DNA of 64,000 bases from the NCBI GenBank assembly GCA_965198005.1, contig CBDAOI010000001.1:192001-256000 (forward strand). Reading direction: 5' to 3'. The notes below the pieces were generated by a model that was not told where the DNA came from, did not search any database, and worked only from the letters and a program-made list of their open reading frames with translations. The stretch's first letter is position 1. The number at the start of each line of letters is the position of its first letter. Positions 19,044 to 29,935 of the stretch are shown piece after piece. This stretch comes from Spirochaetia bacterium (lineage in GTDB: Bacteria > Spirochaetota > Spirochaetia > SZUA-6 > Bin103). Position numbers and translations under genes: made by a program.

Positions 19044-20039
19044 TCACCGAGCATCGGGCATGACACCGCCCCGGCGGGCGGTCGGCCGCGCAGGCACGGG
19101 TCGGTGCGACCTGGCGGCATCGGCACCCAGCCGGCCCTCACCACCAGCGCCCCTTAGCCTGGGATCGAGCAGATCCCGCACCGCGTCGCCGAACATGTTT
19201 AGACAGTAAACGGTAATAGTCAGAGCAAGACCCGGCCAGAGAGCCAGCCATGGCGCCATCTCCATGTATTCACGGCCTTCCCGGCTGAGCAGACCTCCCC
19301 AGCTAGGAATGGTGGGAGGTAGTCCAAAACCGAGGAAGCTCAGAGAAGCCTCAGATATGATCACCCCCCCGATGTTGATGCTGAATATGATGATTACGAC
19401 AGGCATAATATTGGGCAGGACATGCCGCATCAGTGTTGCGTTGGTGGGGCTGCCAATTGCCCGCGCCGCCAGAAAGTAGTCATTCTCTTTAATGCCGATC
19501 ACGGCGCCTCGGAGTACTCTTGACCCGCCAATGCCTCCGGCGATCCCCAGGACGACGATGATCTGGAGGAGACCCGACCCGGCTATGGACATTATGGTTA
19601 ACAACAGGAGCAGTCCCGGGAAAGCCATCCAGGCATCGACAAATCTCTGCACACCCAGGTCCAGTTTACCACCAAGGAATCCTGAAGTGCCGCCGAGCAG
19701 GACGGCGACCAAAACATTGATAGTGGTCGCCGCGAGACCGACAGTTAACGAAAGACGAGCCCCGTAGATAAGGCGGCTCAAGAAGTCTCGCCCCAAGTGG
19801 TCGGTACCCAGGAGATACCGGGCTGATGAGCCCTGCAGCCTGTCTGCCAGGTGTAGTTCAAGAAAGCCATAAGGGGCCAGAACATCGGCAAAGATAGCCA
19901 CAAGAATCAATATCAATACTATAATCCCGCAGGCAGTACCCAGTGGCTTCTCCCTGACCAGCCTGATAAAGAAATCAGCCAGCCGGGAACGTCTCTTTGG
20001 CGCAATTTCTACTGATGGTATCCCTATGGCGTCGCTCAT
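19044..20039 (-). CDS. DppC/OppC-like permease (AT-richer module)
   Basis: LGTDHLGRD…EASLSFLGFG…GDAVRDLLDPR. Confidence 0.92.
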   Translation of the reverse strand: MSDAIGIPSVEIAPKRRSRLADFFIRLVREKPLGTACGIIVLILILVAIFADVLAPYGFLELHLADRLQGSSARYLLGTDHLGRDFLSRLIYGARLSLTVGLAATTINVLVAVLLGGTSGFLGGKLDLGVQRFVDAWMAFPGLLLLLTIMSIAGSGLLQIIVVLGIAGGIGGSRVLRGAVIGIKENDYFLAARAIGSPTNATLMRHVLPNIMPVVIIIFSINIGGVIISEASLSFLGFGLPPTIPSWGGLLSREGREYMEMAPWLALWPGLALTITVYCLNMFGDAVRDLLDPRLRGAGGEGRLGADAARSHRPVPARPTARRGGVMPDAR

Positions 20040-20048
20040 ATTCCCCCT

Positions 20049-21047
20049 TTAGCTGTATCGGACCCTGGGGTCTAAGTACTGATAAATCAGGTCGATCATT
20101 AGATTGATCCCCACAACTGCGGTTGCAAAAAACAGGTTTACTCCGGAGACCACCGGGTAGTCTCTGTCCTGGAGTGCATTCACCATGAGACGACCTAGTC
20201 CCGGCAGGGCAAATATGTTCTCCATGATAACGGAGCCACCTACCAGCAGAGGCAACTGCAAGCCTATCAGGGTAACTACCGGGATGAGGGCATTCTTGAT
20301 GGCATGTCTCATAATAACTACCCTCTCCTTGAGACCCTTGGACCAGGCAGTCCTGATATAGTCTTGGCGGAGCACCTCCAGCATCATGGTGCGGGTCATC
20401 CGCACTGTGGCTGCAGCCATGGCCGTCCCCAGAATCACGCTGGGAATGATGAACACCCCGAGATTGCCCAGCGGGTCTTCGGTGAAAGGAACCAGCTCCA
20501 GCGGTGGCGACCAGCCCCACCAGAGTGCCGGGTAGAGCATGACCATAAGTGCCAGCCAGAAGTTAGGGGTTGCCATGCCGATGATGGCGATGGAGCGCCC
20601 CAGGTAGTCGGCGGCCGTATCCTGGCGAATCGCCGAGTAGATGCCGACGGGCAGGGCTATCAGGAGCCCGATCACGATTGCCATGACACCAAGCTCAATG
20701 GTTACCGGCAATCTACCTATTATCTTCTCCTCTACCGGAGAACGGTCGTAAAGCAGTGAGTGGCCAAGGCTGCCCTGGAGGAGACCTTTAAGGTGGGACT
20801 CACCGGTAACCCAGTCAGGGGTCGGCAACACTCCTATCCAGCGTCCATACTGCACGTAGCCAGGCACGTCTAACCCCAGCATACGCTCAAGAGCTTTACG
20901 GTCTACGTCAACCAGGAAGTCCACCTTGCCCAACATTGCGTCTATTGTATCGCCGGGGATGAAGCGCACCGAGAGAAAGACCAGGATGGTCAATATGAAC
21001 ATGGTGGGGATTATCAGCAATAACCTCCTGATGACATAAGCTCTCAT
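20049..21047 (-). CDS. DppB/OppB-like permease (AT-richer module)
   Basis: MRAYVIRRLL…PNFW…QDYIRTAWSKG…DPRVRYS. Confidence 0.92.
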   Translation of the reverse strand: MRAYVIRRLLLIIPTMFILTILVFLSVRFIPGDTIDAMLGKVDFLVDVDRKALERMLGLDVPGYVQYGRWIGVLPTPDWVTGESHLKGLLQGSLGHSLLYDRSPVEEKIIGRLPVTIELGVMAIVIGLLIALPVGIYSAIRQDTAADYLGRSIAIIGMATPNFWLALMVMLYPALWWGWSPPLELVPFTEDPLGNLGVFIIPSVILGTAMAAATVRMTRTMMLEVLRQDYIRTAWSKGLKERVVIMRHAIKNALIPVVTLIGLQLPLLVGGSVIMENIFALPGLGRLMVNALQDRDYPVVSGVNLFFATAVVGINLMIDLIYQYLDPRVRYS

Positions 21048-21124
21048 GTCACGTGCCTCATCATTCGTCGGACTAGAACTGAATCTCTAGCGTCCATCAT
21101 ATTTCCCGGCAATTTCTTACAATG

Positions 21125-21445
21125 TCCCCCGTCATTGCGAGCCCCGATTTATCGGGGCGTGGCAATCTCGTTGCCCTCTTCCCCCGTCATTGCGGTGAAA
21201 ACCGCAATCCACTTAGACCATCCCCTTGCCCGGCTGGCGCGGCACTCTCTAAGGTGCGAATGACCCCTGCCAAGAAACTCGCCTCTCACCGTTTTGGGGA
21301 GTCCAGAGGGGTGAAACCCCTTTGAAACGGGGGTTCAAGGGGGTGTCCCCCTTGATTCCCCCCGTCATTCCGCCGAAAGGCGGAATCCAGAGTAATTTCA
21401 AATGGTTGCGTTTTCTGGATTCCGGGTCTTCGCGCGGAATGACAG
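21125..21445. repeat. cluster of REP/RPE-like palindromes (GTCATTGCG…GCAATC, GTCATTCCGCCGAAAGGCGGAATCC)
   Basis: three GTCATT-headed hairpins plus an inverted …GGAATGAC. Confidence 0.6.
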
Positions 21446-21544
21446 TAAGAAAGCGCTCCTCGCAAAGACATCTTGTGGGGGAGCTGGGAAGCCTGAACCT
21501 CCCAGCTCCCTCTTTCCTGAGCTCAGCCACAAGGGGCGAAACCC

Positions 21545-23346
21545 CTAATAACCCATTGCTTCCTTCAGCTCACTATCAACCCAGAGGCGGGTCATGATGA
21601 GACTATCCTCCTGGGGTCCCAACATCGTTTCACCGTTATAGCCTATGACCCATGGCTGGAGCGCCCACCACACTGGACTTTTAGGACCCCATATCTGCCA
21701 TTGCTTCTCTATAGTGTACATATCTGCCTCTCTAATCAGCCTCTGCTGCTCCTCAAGGGTAGTAGCGAGTTGGGCGGCTTCAATCTTGGAGTCCATCACA
21801 GGGTCCTGGTGTCCAATGACGCGGTTCCAAATTGAATCAGCATCCGAGTGAAACCAGCCTACCATCGAGAGAGGGTCAAAAGTTTGGAAACCCGCAATGG
21901 AACTCATCATGCCTTCAAAAGTATCCGAGGATACCCTCTCGTTAATTTCCCCGCCGGTATATACATCAATCTCAAGATCGACGCCAATCTCAGCCCAGTA
22001 GGAGCGAGCTATTTCTGAATAGCCTAGATCATAGACGTCGCGGAAGTGCAGGATGGTCTTGAATCTAATGCCGTCCGCGCCGCGCGGATATCCAGCCGCA
22101 TCAAGCAACGCTTCTGCCCTTGCCGGGTCATACATATAGCCTTTCTTGACCTCTTCGGGCCACTCTTCAAATGGGATGTAATACCCTGGCACCCCTACCA
22201 TCCCCTGAGGTGTCGCATTTGCCTGACCCTTAAAGAAGGTATTGTTAAAGGTCTCGAGGTCCAGTGCCATCTGCATTGCCTTGCGCACCCGGATGTCGTC
22301 AAAGGGCGGCTTGCTCGCGACAAGAGCATAAGAAACACCATTCGACCGCCACCACTGCTTGTGCAGCACGATTTCGGGGTTGGTCCGCTGGAGGCTCTCT
22401 GCCTGATCAATAGTAGATATCACACCCCCTGAAGGGCCTCTGAGATCAAGCTTGGCTGAGCGTAGTGCCGCCATAAGTGTTGCTTCCTCTGGAATAAACA
22501 GGTGCATTAACTCGTCAACGTAGGGCAAGCGGTTCTGCGGGTACTTTTCGTCATAGCCCCAGTAGTCAGGATTTTTGGTCCGGGTGAGCTCTCCTCGACC
22601 AATTCAGTCAGCATAAAGGGCCCGGTGCCGACCACGTTCCTCCAATCCCTAACGTCCCCGTGTTCCTTGATTACCTCGGGGGGCATTATGTAAACAGATT
22701 GATCGATGAGGATAGACCACAGCGCAGGGAGGTATGGCTCCTTCAGCTTACAAACAACCGTCCATTTGTCGGTGGCCTCTACCGATTCGAATGGTATAGC
22801 GACGAATCCGACACCAAACATAGGAGGAGCAGGTTCGGTGAAGCCGCTGCCCAGACCCAACATACGGTGAAAGTTGTATTCGACGTCATAGGCAGTCAGC
22901 TCCCGACCGTTCATCGGTGGCTTATCATGCCAGCGAACGCCCTTGCGGATGTGGAAGACATAGGTTGTGTCGTCAAGCACTTCCCAGCTTTCAGCCAGCC
23001 TCCCTGTCATGTAAGACACAGGGGTCGGGCCCGAAAAGTCCCATTCGTCTCTATCTATCCCCCAGTTGCCGATACCTAGCTTCTCTACGACGCCCGTCAG
23101 TTGAGGGTCCAACCAGGCGAAATAGGGGTCACTACCCCACGAACCTAGGGCTTTGGTACTGTAGGTCAATGTCCCGCCGTACTGTGGCGCCACCACCACC
23201 TTGCCGGTGGTGGGGTCGGTCACCATTTCCTTCTCCATGGCGGCTGCCGGCTCCTCTTCCCCGGACGGGCTTGCCCACAGGCCGGTTGCGGTCAGGACGA
23301 GACCGAACAGTACCGCGAGGATCTTGCGAAAGATTGCGTAATGCAT
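21545..23346 (-). pseudogene. family 5 SBP split by one frameshift near 22580
   Basis: ORFs 22507-23346 and 21545-22528 join into a full-length SBP; a short deletion at VEESS/TKNPDYW. Confidence 0.85.
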
Positions 23347-23701
23347 GTTTCACTCCAAAATTGTCGAGAGTGCCAATTCCACTGCCCGTCGCTCGCCCAC
23401 TCTCGAAGTACACCCGCAATGGCAGGTGCCGGAAGCGAGGGACGCCAGCCCGGAGTCCGAATCGGTGAATCAGTTCTGCATCGGCCACCTCCGTGAACGC
23501 GTGCGCGCACCTGATCCGGAGGCTCCGCGGGGGGCGGTGGTCGGCGACGCAGCGAAGGTGAATGACCGGCAACGCCGGCGGTGTGGTTTGCAGGCGGACG
23601 GGGTAGCGGTGGTGCGGGCGAAGTGGCGCGCGCGGCGCGCTGCGCCCTCAGCCTTGACTACCTGGATAGTGTTAGTGCTTCTCGTGCAACTACTTGCCCC
23701 C

Positions 23702-23716
23702 GGGGGGGGGGGGGGG
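23702..23716 (+). repeat. poly-G tract (G15)
   Basis: direct read. Confidence 0.9.
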
Positions 23717-23845
23717 TAGACGGACGGGATGGGCCAAAGCGGCACGCCGGGCGGCGGTGCTCGGGCGCGAGTAGCGTGGGCCGATGGCAGGGCTGCAGTG
23801 CGTAGTCAAGCATCATCCGTATCCGTTCAAGTCCCCAACCCCGAT

Positions 23846-23875
23846 ACCATAGCACATCCGCGCCAAAGCGGGCAA
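23846..23875 (-). promoter_or_regulatory. sigma70-like promoter TTGCCC-18-TATGGT in element 'R1' copy 2
   Basis: paralogous to 2342-2371. Confidence 0.55.
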
Positions 23876-24198
23876 GCGCTGATTGCACTTTCTTCACGTT
23901 TTTTTCCGGCGGCCCCTGGTGCCTCTGGCGGTTGCAGCACCAGGCGCGCCCACTCGCCGGCGTTCCCTGGGCTGCAAGCCCGTCCGCCTGCCGCGCTCCC
24001 GAATCGACCGCTTCGAGGGGCGGCTCGAGTATTGGGATTCGGCCACCGAGACGCCTGGATCTGATCGGGCAGGCGCAGGGGAATCACGCGGTGGGAGATC
24101 AAGCCGGCCTCGGACGGGCATGTGCGGAGACCGTTTATTGCGCCGTAACCAAATTGTGCGCTACGTGTTGAGTGGCCGCAAGCCTGTACCGGGTTGTA

Positions 24199-24970
24199 TC
24201 AGGCTGACCGGGCGGCCTTTTGCAGTGCCCGGCGGGCGCCTTCGATGGCGCGGGCGCTCATGCCGCCGCTGCCGAGGCCCGCGCCGCCGCCACCGCCCCG
24301 CAGCCGGGGGTCGAGCAGGTCGCGCACCGCGTCGCCGAACATGTTGAGGCAGTACACCACCACCGTGAGCGCCACCCCCGGCCACATCGCCAGGCGCGGC
24401 GCCATCTCCATGAACTGGCGCCCCTCGCGGCTCAGCATGCCGCCCCAGCTCGGCACCGTGGTCGGCAGCCCGAACCCCAGGAAGCTCAAGGACGCTTCGG
24501 CGATGATGATGCCGCCGATCGTGATCGAGAACACCACGATGACCGGCGCGGTGATGTTCGGCCACACGTGGCGCCTGAGGATGTGCGAAGGAGCGCTGCC
24601 GATGGCGCGCGCGGCCTCGAAGTAGGGGTTCTCCTTGATGCCGATCACGGCACTGCGGATCACGCGCGAGTTGCCGATGCCGGAAGTGACGCCGAGCACG
24701 ACGATGATCTGCAGGATGCCCTGGCCGACGATGGTGATGATCGTCAGCAGCAGCAACAAGCCGGGGAAGGACATCCAGGCGTCGACGAAGCGCTGCACCA
24801 GTATGTCCAGCTTGCCGCCGACGAAGCCGGCCACGCCGCCGACCAGCAGCGCCACCACGGTGCTCAACAGGGTGGCGGCAAAGCCCACCCCGAGCGAGGT
24901 GCGGGCGCCGTACACCAGCCGGCTCAACACGTCGCGGCCGAGCTGGTCGGTGCCCAGCAGGTAGGTGGCC
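24199..24970 (-). pseudogene. 5'-truncated dppC, near-identical to 3463-4425
   Basis: protein almost identical from TYLLGTDQLGRD onward; 5' end replaced by an SBP fragment. Confidence 0.88.
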
Positions 24971-25810
24971 GGTAGAGAGCCTCAAGATGAAGGAGATCCC
25001 ACCCCATGGCGGCGTTTTCGCCGTGTGCGAGTCCGTCCGAGGTGTGCCCTGGCAGGATGGCCTGGCTCTCCGGGCTGCTGTGAATGCTCATCTCGACGTC
25101 CACGCCAATCTCAGCCCAGTAGCCAACGACGAGCTCCGCGTAGTTCGCATCGTAGCGTTCGAAGTATTTCAGTTCGGTCTTGAGGCCATCGGGATAGCCC
25201 GCCTCGGCCAACAACTGCTTCGCCCGTTCCGGGTCGTAGCGGTAGTACTGCTTGACCTCCTCCGGCCATTCGTCGAACGGCGTCCCAAAAAGGGGGTCCT
25301 CGTTGTTAATGATTCCGTGCGGCGTCGGGTCGATCGAGTTCAACTGACTGTCGCCCCACTGCCCCAACGTATCGATTTGACCCGAGCGCAGGGCCGCGAG
25401 CCGCGCCGCGGAATCCGGCATGATCAGGGCGACGATCTCGTCGACATAGGGCAAGCGGTTCTCCGGAAACTTCTCGTCGAACCCCCAGTAGTTGGGGGTT
25501 CTTGGTCCACGTGATAGAGTTGCCCTCGACGTAGTCCGTCAGCTCCATGGGACCAGTGCCAACCAGATTCCTCCAATCCTTGACGTCGCCGTATTGCTGG
25601 ATGACCTCCGGTGGGTAGATCCAGGCAAGCCGGTTGTTGACTAGCTTGTCGAGCGCAAAGAGGTCTGGCTCTGCCAGCTTGAAGACCACCGTCGATTCGT
25701 CGGTGGCCGTCACGGATTCGATCTTGGGCAGCTGACCCTCAAACGGCGAGGCTTCGCTGAAGCCGCTGCCGATCCCCAAGTACCGATGAAAGTTGAATTC
25801 GATGTCGCTG
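24971..25810 (-). pseudogene. SBP fragment with internal deletion, 5' end abutting the poly-G tract
   Basis: SDIEFNFHR…GTGPMEL…SQLNSID|PTPHG…YDPERAKQLLAEAGYP. Confidence 0.85.
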
Positions 25811-25816
25811 GGGGCC

Positions 25817-25839
25817 GGGGGGGGGGGGGGGGGGGGGGG
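25817..25839 (+). repeat. poly-G tract (G23)
   Basis: direct read. Confidence 0.9.
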
Positions 25840-25964
25840 CGCCGCGACCGACCGCGCCACGCTGCTGTACGGCGGGCACGACCGCCACCACCGCGGCGGA
25901 ATCACCGTGTGTTCCTGGTTCGCGATTTAGGTATCTTAGCTGCTACGATGTGGTGGCGCCTCCC

Positions 25965-27137
25965 ATGACCACGGAACCGGAACCGACGGCACGATCGGAG
26001 TCTGGCGGCCGCACCGCTCCGAGCCGCTCGTTGCGCGAACGGCTGGCACGCTTCGTGGAGCGTACGCGGGAGCGGGCCGAACACGCCAAGGCGGGGTTCA
26101 ACATCCACGCCGTCACCTTCGCCGCGGTCAACTCCCTGCTCCTGCTGATCAACCTGATCTTCTCCTCCGGGGTTCTCTGGTTCCTGTTTCCGCTGGCCGG
26201 CTGGGGGATCGGGCTGCTGCACCACTACGTCGAGACGCGCAACCGGGCGCGGGACGCGCGCGATGCCGCCACCCTGCCGCCGGTCGCGAAACGCACCCTG
26301 CAGCAGGTACGGAAGCTGTTCTTCGTCCGCCGCCGCCTGCGCCATCACCTCATCGCGGTCGCCGGCGTGTCGGCATTTCTGGCCGGCGTAAATGTCCTGC
26401 TCGCTCCCGGGGAAGGGCCATGGGCGCTCATCCCGGCTTGCCTGCTCGGCGTTCCGCTGGCCATCCACTACGGGGTGGCGCGGGCCCGGCGCCGGCGCCT
26501 GCTGCGGCGCCTGCGGGAAGCGGGAGTGGACCTCGATCCGCGCACCGCGGCAAACCTGGCGGCGCTGGAGTCCGACGCCGGCATCACCCTGACGCCGGGC
26601 GACGCGCCGCTGCTGGCGGAGGCGGCGGAGCTGCGCGAAACGATCCTGGCCGAGCTCCAGGACGGCGGCGAGGAGGCGGCGCGCTGGCGGTCGGAATTGC
26701 AGCCGGAGCTCGACACCTATGTCCGCCACGTCGGCTCCCTGCTGCAGGCACGTCGCGAGCTGGAACGGGCCGGCGCCCGCGTGTCGGCGGAGGACGTGAC
26801 CCGGCAGCTCGCCACGCTGCGCGGCAAGCTGGAGAACACTGCCTCCGACGCTCTCCGGCACGAGTATCGGACGGCCATGAACCAGTACGAGCGCCAGCTT
26901 TCGTCGCTCGCCCACCTGCGCGAACAGGCGGAGATGATCGACCTGCGCGCCAAGTCCGCGGTCCTCGCCCTGCAGCAACTCTCGCTCGACATCCCCCGGC
27001 TCCGCACCGCCCCCGCGGGCGAGTCCGCCGCCCTGCTGGCACTGCGCGACAAGTCCCAGGACCTGACCCACTACCTCGACGACCTGCGCACCGGCTTCCG
27101 CGAACTCGATCCCACGGCTGACCCGGCGCCCCAGTAA
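25965..27137 (+). CDS. membrane protein with two 2TM-like repeats and a C-terminal coiled coil
   Basis: FNIHAVTFAAVNSLLLLINL…WFLFPLAGWGIGLLHH and a second copy HHLIAVAGV…WALIP…LAIHY; helical C-terminus. Confidence 0.75.
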   Translation: MTTEPEPTARSESGGRTAPSRSLRERLARFVERTRERAEHAKAGFNIHAVTFAAVNSLLLLINLIFSSGVLWFLFPLAGWGIGLLHHYVETRNRARDARDAATLPPVAKRTLQQVRKLFFVRRRLRHHLIAVAGVSAFLAGVNVLLAPGEGPWALIPACLLGVPLAIHYGVARARRRRLLRRLREAGVDLDPRTAANLAALESDAGITLTPGDAPLLAEAAELRETILAELQDGGEEAARWRSELQPELDTYVRHVGSLLQARRELERAGARVSAEDVTRQLATLRGKLENTASDALRHEYRTAMNQYERQLSSLAHLREQAEMIDLRAKSAVLALQQLSLDIPRLRTAPAGESAALLALRDKSQDLTHYLDDLRTGFRELDPTADPAPQ

Positions 27138-27141
27138 CTCA

Positions 27142-27186
27142 AACAGCACGCTCCAGGACGTTGTCCGCCGCGTACAAAGACTATAG
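27142..27186 (+). pseudogene. 3'-end remnant of an AbiEii paralogue
   Basis: aacagcacgctccaggac…tag closely matches 731-775. Confidence 0.6.
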
Positions 27187-27221
27187 GACGGCGATATTAT
27201 GCTTGCAAGAATAATGTTTGC

Positions 27222-28628
27222 ATGCATAATATCCGAGTGGAGTTCGTAGATCGTCGCGACGAGTTGCTCCGGCTGGATCGGGCGATGCGGCAGCCGGGGG
27301 CGTTTGCCGTCATCTGGGGCCGGCGCCGCGTCGGCAAGTCGCGTCTACTCATCGAGTGGTCGCGGCGGAATCACGGGCTGTACACGGTCGCCGATCAGTC
27401 GGCGCCTGCCATCCAGCGACGTTACCTCGCCGCCGCTGTCGCGCAGCGATTTCCCGGGTTTGCCGATGTCGAGTATCCGGATTGGCGTGCCTTCCTGGAG
27501 CGCCTCTCGACGGCTGCTGCGCACGCGGACTGGCCGGGACCGTTCATCGTCGACGAGTTGCCCTACCTGATCGCCGCTGATCCGTCGGTCGTGGGGGTGC
27601 TGCAGAACTGGCTCGACCGTCCCGAGCGGCGCCCCTGCCTGGTGGTCAGCGGATCGAGCCGGCACATGATGCACGGCGCCGTGCTCAGCGCCGATGCCCC
27701 TTTGTTCGGCCGTGCAGTCGAGGCATTCGCCGTGCGCCCGCTCAGACCGGGATACCTGGCCGACATCTTCGGCGGGTTACGCCCCCGGGACTTGGTGGCC
27801 CTGCACGCGCTGTGGGGCGGTATGCCGCGCTACTGGGAGCTCGCCCGGCCGTACGGAGACGACCTTGGCACGGCGATTGACACGTTGGTTCTCGATCCGG
27901 CCGGGCCGTTGCACGACGAACCGGATCGCCTGCTGCTGGCGGAGACGCCGCCCGCTACCGCGCTACGGCCGGTGCTGGACGTGATCGGTGCCGGTGCGCA
28001 CCGCATGAGCGAGATTGCCGCCCGACTCGGCCGGCCGGCCGCCAGTCTGTCGCGGCCGCTGGCGACCCTGACCGAGATGAACTTCGTGCGGCGCGAGATC
28101 CCATTCGGGAGCAATCCGGCGTCGGGCAAGCGCAGTCTCTACCGGATTGACGATCCGTTCCTGAGACTGTGGTTCCGCGCCGTTGCGCCGCACCGGGCGG
28201 TCTTGGCGGAAGCGCCGCGTGACACGCGGCTGGCCTACTGGGGCCGCCACCGGACGAGTCTGGAAGCGTACGCGTGGGAGGAGTTGTGCCGGATGGCGGT
28301 GCCGATGCTCCATCGGGACGACTCTCCGTTGGCGCGCCTGGGTCCGTGGGAGCCGGCGCAGCGTTACTGGCGCGGCAACGCCCCGGAGTTCGACATCGTG
28401 GCGCGTTCCGTCGACGGACGGCGGCTGCTGGTGGGCGAGACGAAGTGGTCGGCGCGTGAGCGGACGGTGTCCCGTGCCGGCCGGCGAATGGGGGTCGACG
28501 CCATACCCGGGACGAACGACCGTGAGGTAGTCAGCGCTACGTTCGTGCCCGCCGCATCGTCGAAGATGGATTCGGCGACCGGCGTGCACTTGGTTGACGC
28601 CCGCACGATATTGGACCTTCTCCGGTAA
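27222..28628 (+). CDS. archaeal-type AAA+ ATPase (ATPase_2/DUF234-like) with C-terminal PD-(D/E)XK domain
   Basis: FVDRRDEL, GRRRVGKS (Walker A), IVDELPY (Walker B), YRIDDPFLRLWF, EFDIVA…GETKW. Confidence 0.88.
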   Translation: MHNIRVEFVDRRDELLRLDRAMRQPGAFAVIWGRRRVGKSRLLIEWSRRNHGLYTVADQSAPAIQRRYLAAAVAQRFPGFADVEYPDWRAFLERLSTAAAHADWPGPFIVDELPYLIAADPSVVGVLQNWLDRPERRPCLVVSGSSRHMMHGAVLSADAPLFGRAVEAFAVRPLRPGYLADIFGGLRPRDLVALHALWGGMPRYWELARPYGDDLGTAIDTLVLDPAGPLHDEPDRLLLAETPPATALRPVLDVIGAGAHRMSEIAARLGRPAASLSRPLATLTEMNFVRREIPFGSNPASGKRSLYRIDDPFLRLWFRAVAPHRAVLAEAPRDTRLAYWGRHRTSLEAYAWEELCRMAVPMLHRDDSPLARLGPWEPAQRYWRGNAPEFDIVARSVDGRRLLVGETKWSARERTVSRAGRRMGVDAIPGTNDREVVSATFVPAASSKMDSATGVHLVDARTILDLLR

Positions 28629-28694
28629 ACAGCCAGCGGCCCGGTGAGGTCGATCTCCCTGGCGACCTGGCCGCCTCCTTGGAGCGACCGCCGT

Positions 28695-29711
28695 CTACTT
28701 GGTCGGATCGTCGCTCACCTGCACCAGCAGCTTGCCGAAGTTGGTGCCCTCCAGCATGCCGAGGAAGGCGGCAGGGGCGTTCTCCAGTCCGATCACCACC
28801 TGTTCCCTGTACTTGAGCGCGCCGCTGCGCACCCAGGTCGCCAGCAGCGCCAGCGCCTCCTCGTGGCGGTCGGCGAACTCGCCCTGGTTGAATCCGCGCA
28901 TGGTGGCGCGCCGGGCTTGGATAAAGCGGCTCAGGTGCGGGCCGGTCCACTCGCTGTCCAGCGCGTCGTTGTATTCGGCGATGGCGCCGCACAGCGACAG
29001 GCGGGCGCCCAGGGCGAGGTGGGCGGCGACCGCGTCGATCACCGTGCCGCCGACGTTGTCGAAGTAGACGTCGATGCCGTTCGGGCAGGCGGCGGCGAGT
29101 TCGGCCGACAGGTCGCCGGTCTTGTAGTTGACGCACGCGTCGAACTGCAGCTCGTCGACCACGTAGGCGCACTTCTCGGCGGTGCCGGCAGTGCCGACCG
29201 CGCGGCAGCCCTTCATCCGGGCGAGCTGGCCGACCACCGCGCCCACCGCGCCCGATGCCGCGGACACCACCACCGTTTCGCCGGCGACCGGCCTGCCCAC
29301 TTCCAGCAGACCGAAGTAGGCGGTGACGCCGGGCATGCCGACCACGCCCAGGGCGGTCGTAATCGGCACCAGCTCCGGGTCCAGGACGCGCAGCTGCGAC
29401 CCGGCGACGGCGCCGTAACTCTGCCAGCCGTAGCCGCCCACGTATTGGCACACCAACTGCCCCGGCTCGAAACCGGCGGCGTTCGAGACCACCACTTCCC
29501 CGACCACGCCGCCGACCATCACCTCGCCGACCGCCGCGGGCGTGCTCATGCGGCCGCGCATGTAGGGGTCGAGCGAGAGGTAGATGGTGCGCACCAGTAC
29601 TTCTCCGGCCTGCGGTTCCGGCACCGGTCCCTCGACCAACTCCAGGTCGTCAAGGGTGGGCCTGCCCGCTACCAGCCTGCGCAGCACCACTTGCTTGTTC
29701 GTTTCGGCCAT
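28695..29711 (-). CDS. NADP-dependent oxidoreductase (CurA/PTGR-like, MDR family)
   Basis: LSLDPYMRGRM, GMPGVTAYFGL, SAASGAVG, IDVYFDNVGG, GTNFGK. Confidence 0.92.
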   Translation of the reverse strand: MAETNKQVVLRRLVAGRPTLDDLELVEGPVPEPQAGEVLVRTIYLSLDPYMRGRMSTPAAVGEVMVGGVVGEVVVSNAAGFEPGQLVCQYVGGYGWQSYGAVAGSQLRVLDPELVPITTALGVVGMPGVTAYFGLLEVGRPVAGETVVVSAASGAVGAVVGQLARMKGCRAVGTAGTAEKCAYVVDELQFDACVNYKTGDLSAELAAACPNGIDVYFDNVGGTVIDAVAAHLALGARLSLCGAIAEYNDALDSEWTGPHLSRFIQARRATMRGFNQGEFADRHEEALALLATWVRSGALKYREQVVIGLENAPAAFLGMLEGTNFGKLLVQVSDDPTK

Positions 29712-29935
29712 TGGACCTCCTCGCGCCGTCGCGGACGCTTCACTGAAGCTCTTGGATAACGCCATTGGATCATGCCAGCGCGGGTGAATGCAACCGCGCC
29801 GACTGAGCTGCGCTTCCGACGAACGTCAGGCTGTCCCCGACGCTCTGTTTCACGCCGGCCGACTCAGTCGACTTTGAGAATCTGCAAGCCGCGGTGCTGG
29901 TTGCGTTAAGCAGGGTCGGCTTGCTGCTCGTCTGA

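Noticed and set aside
27222-28628. The missing ABC transporter ATPase
   Set aside because: No LSGG signature; the motifs match the archaeal-type AAA+/DUF234 family.
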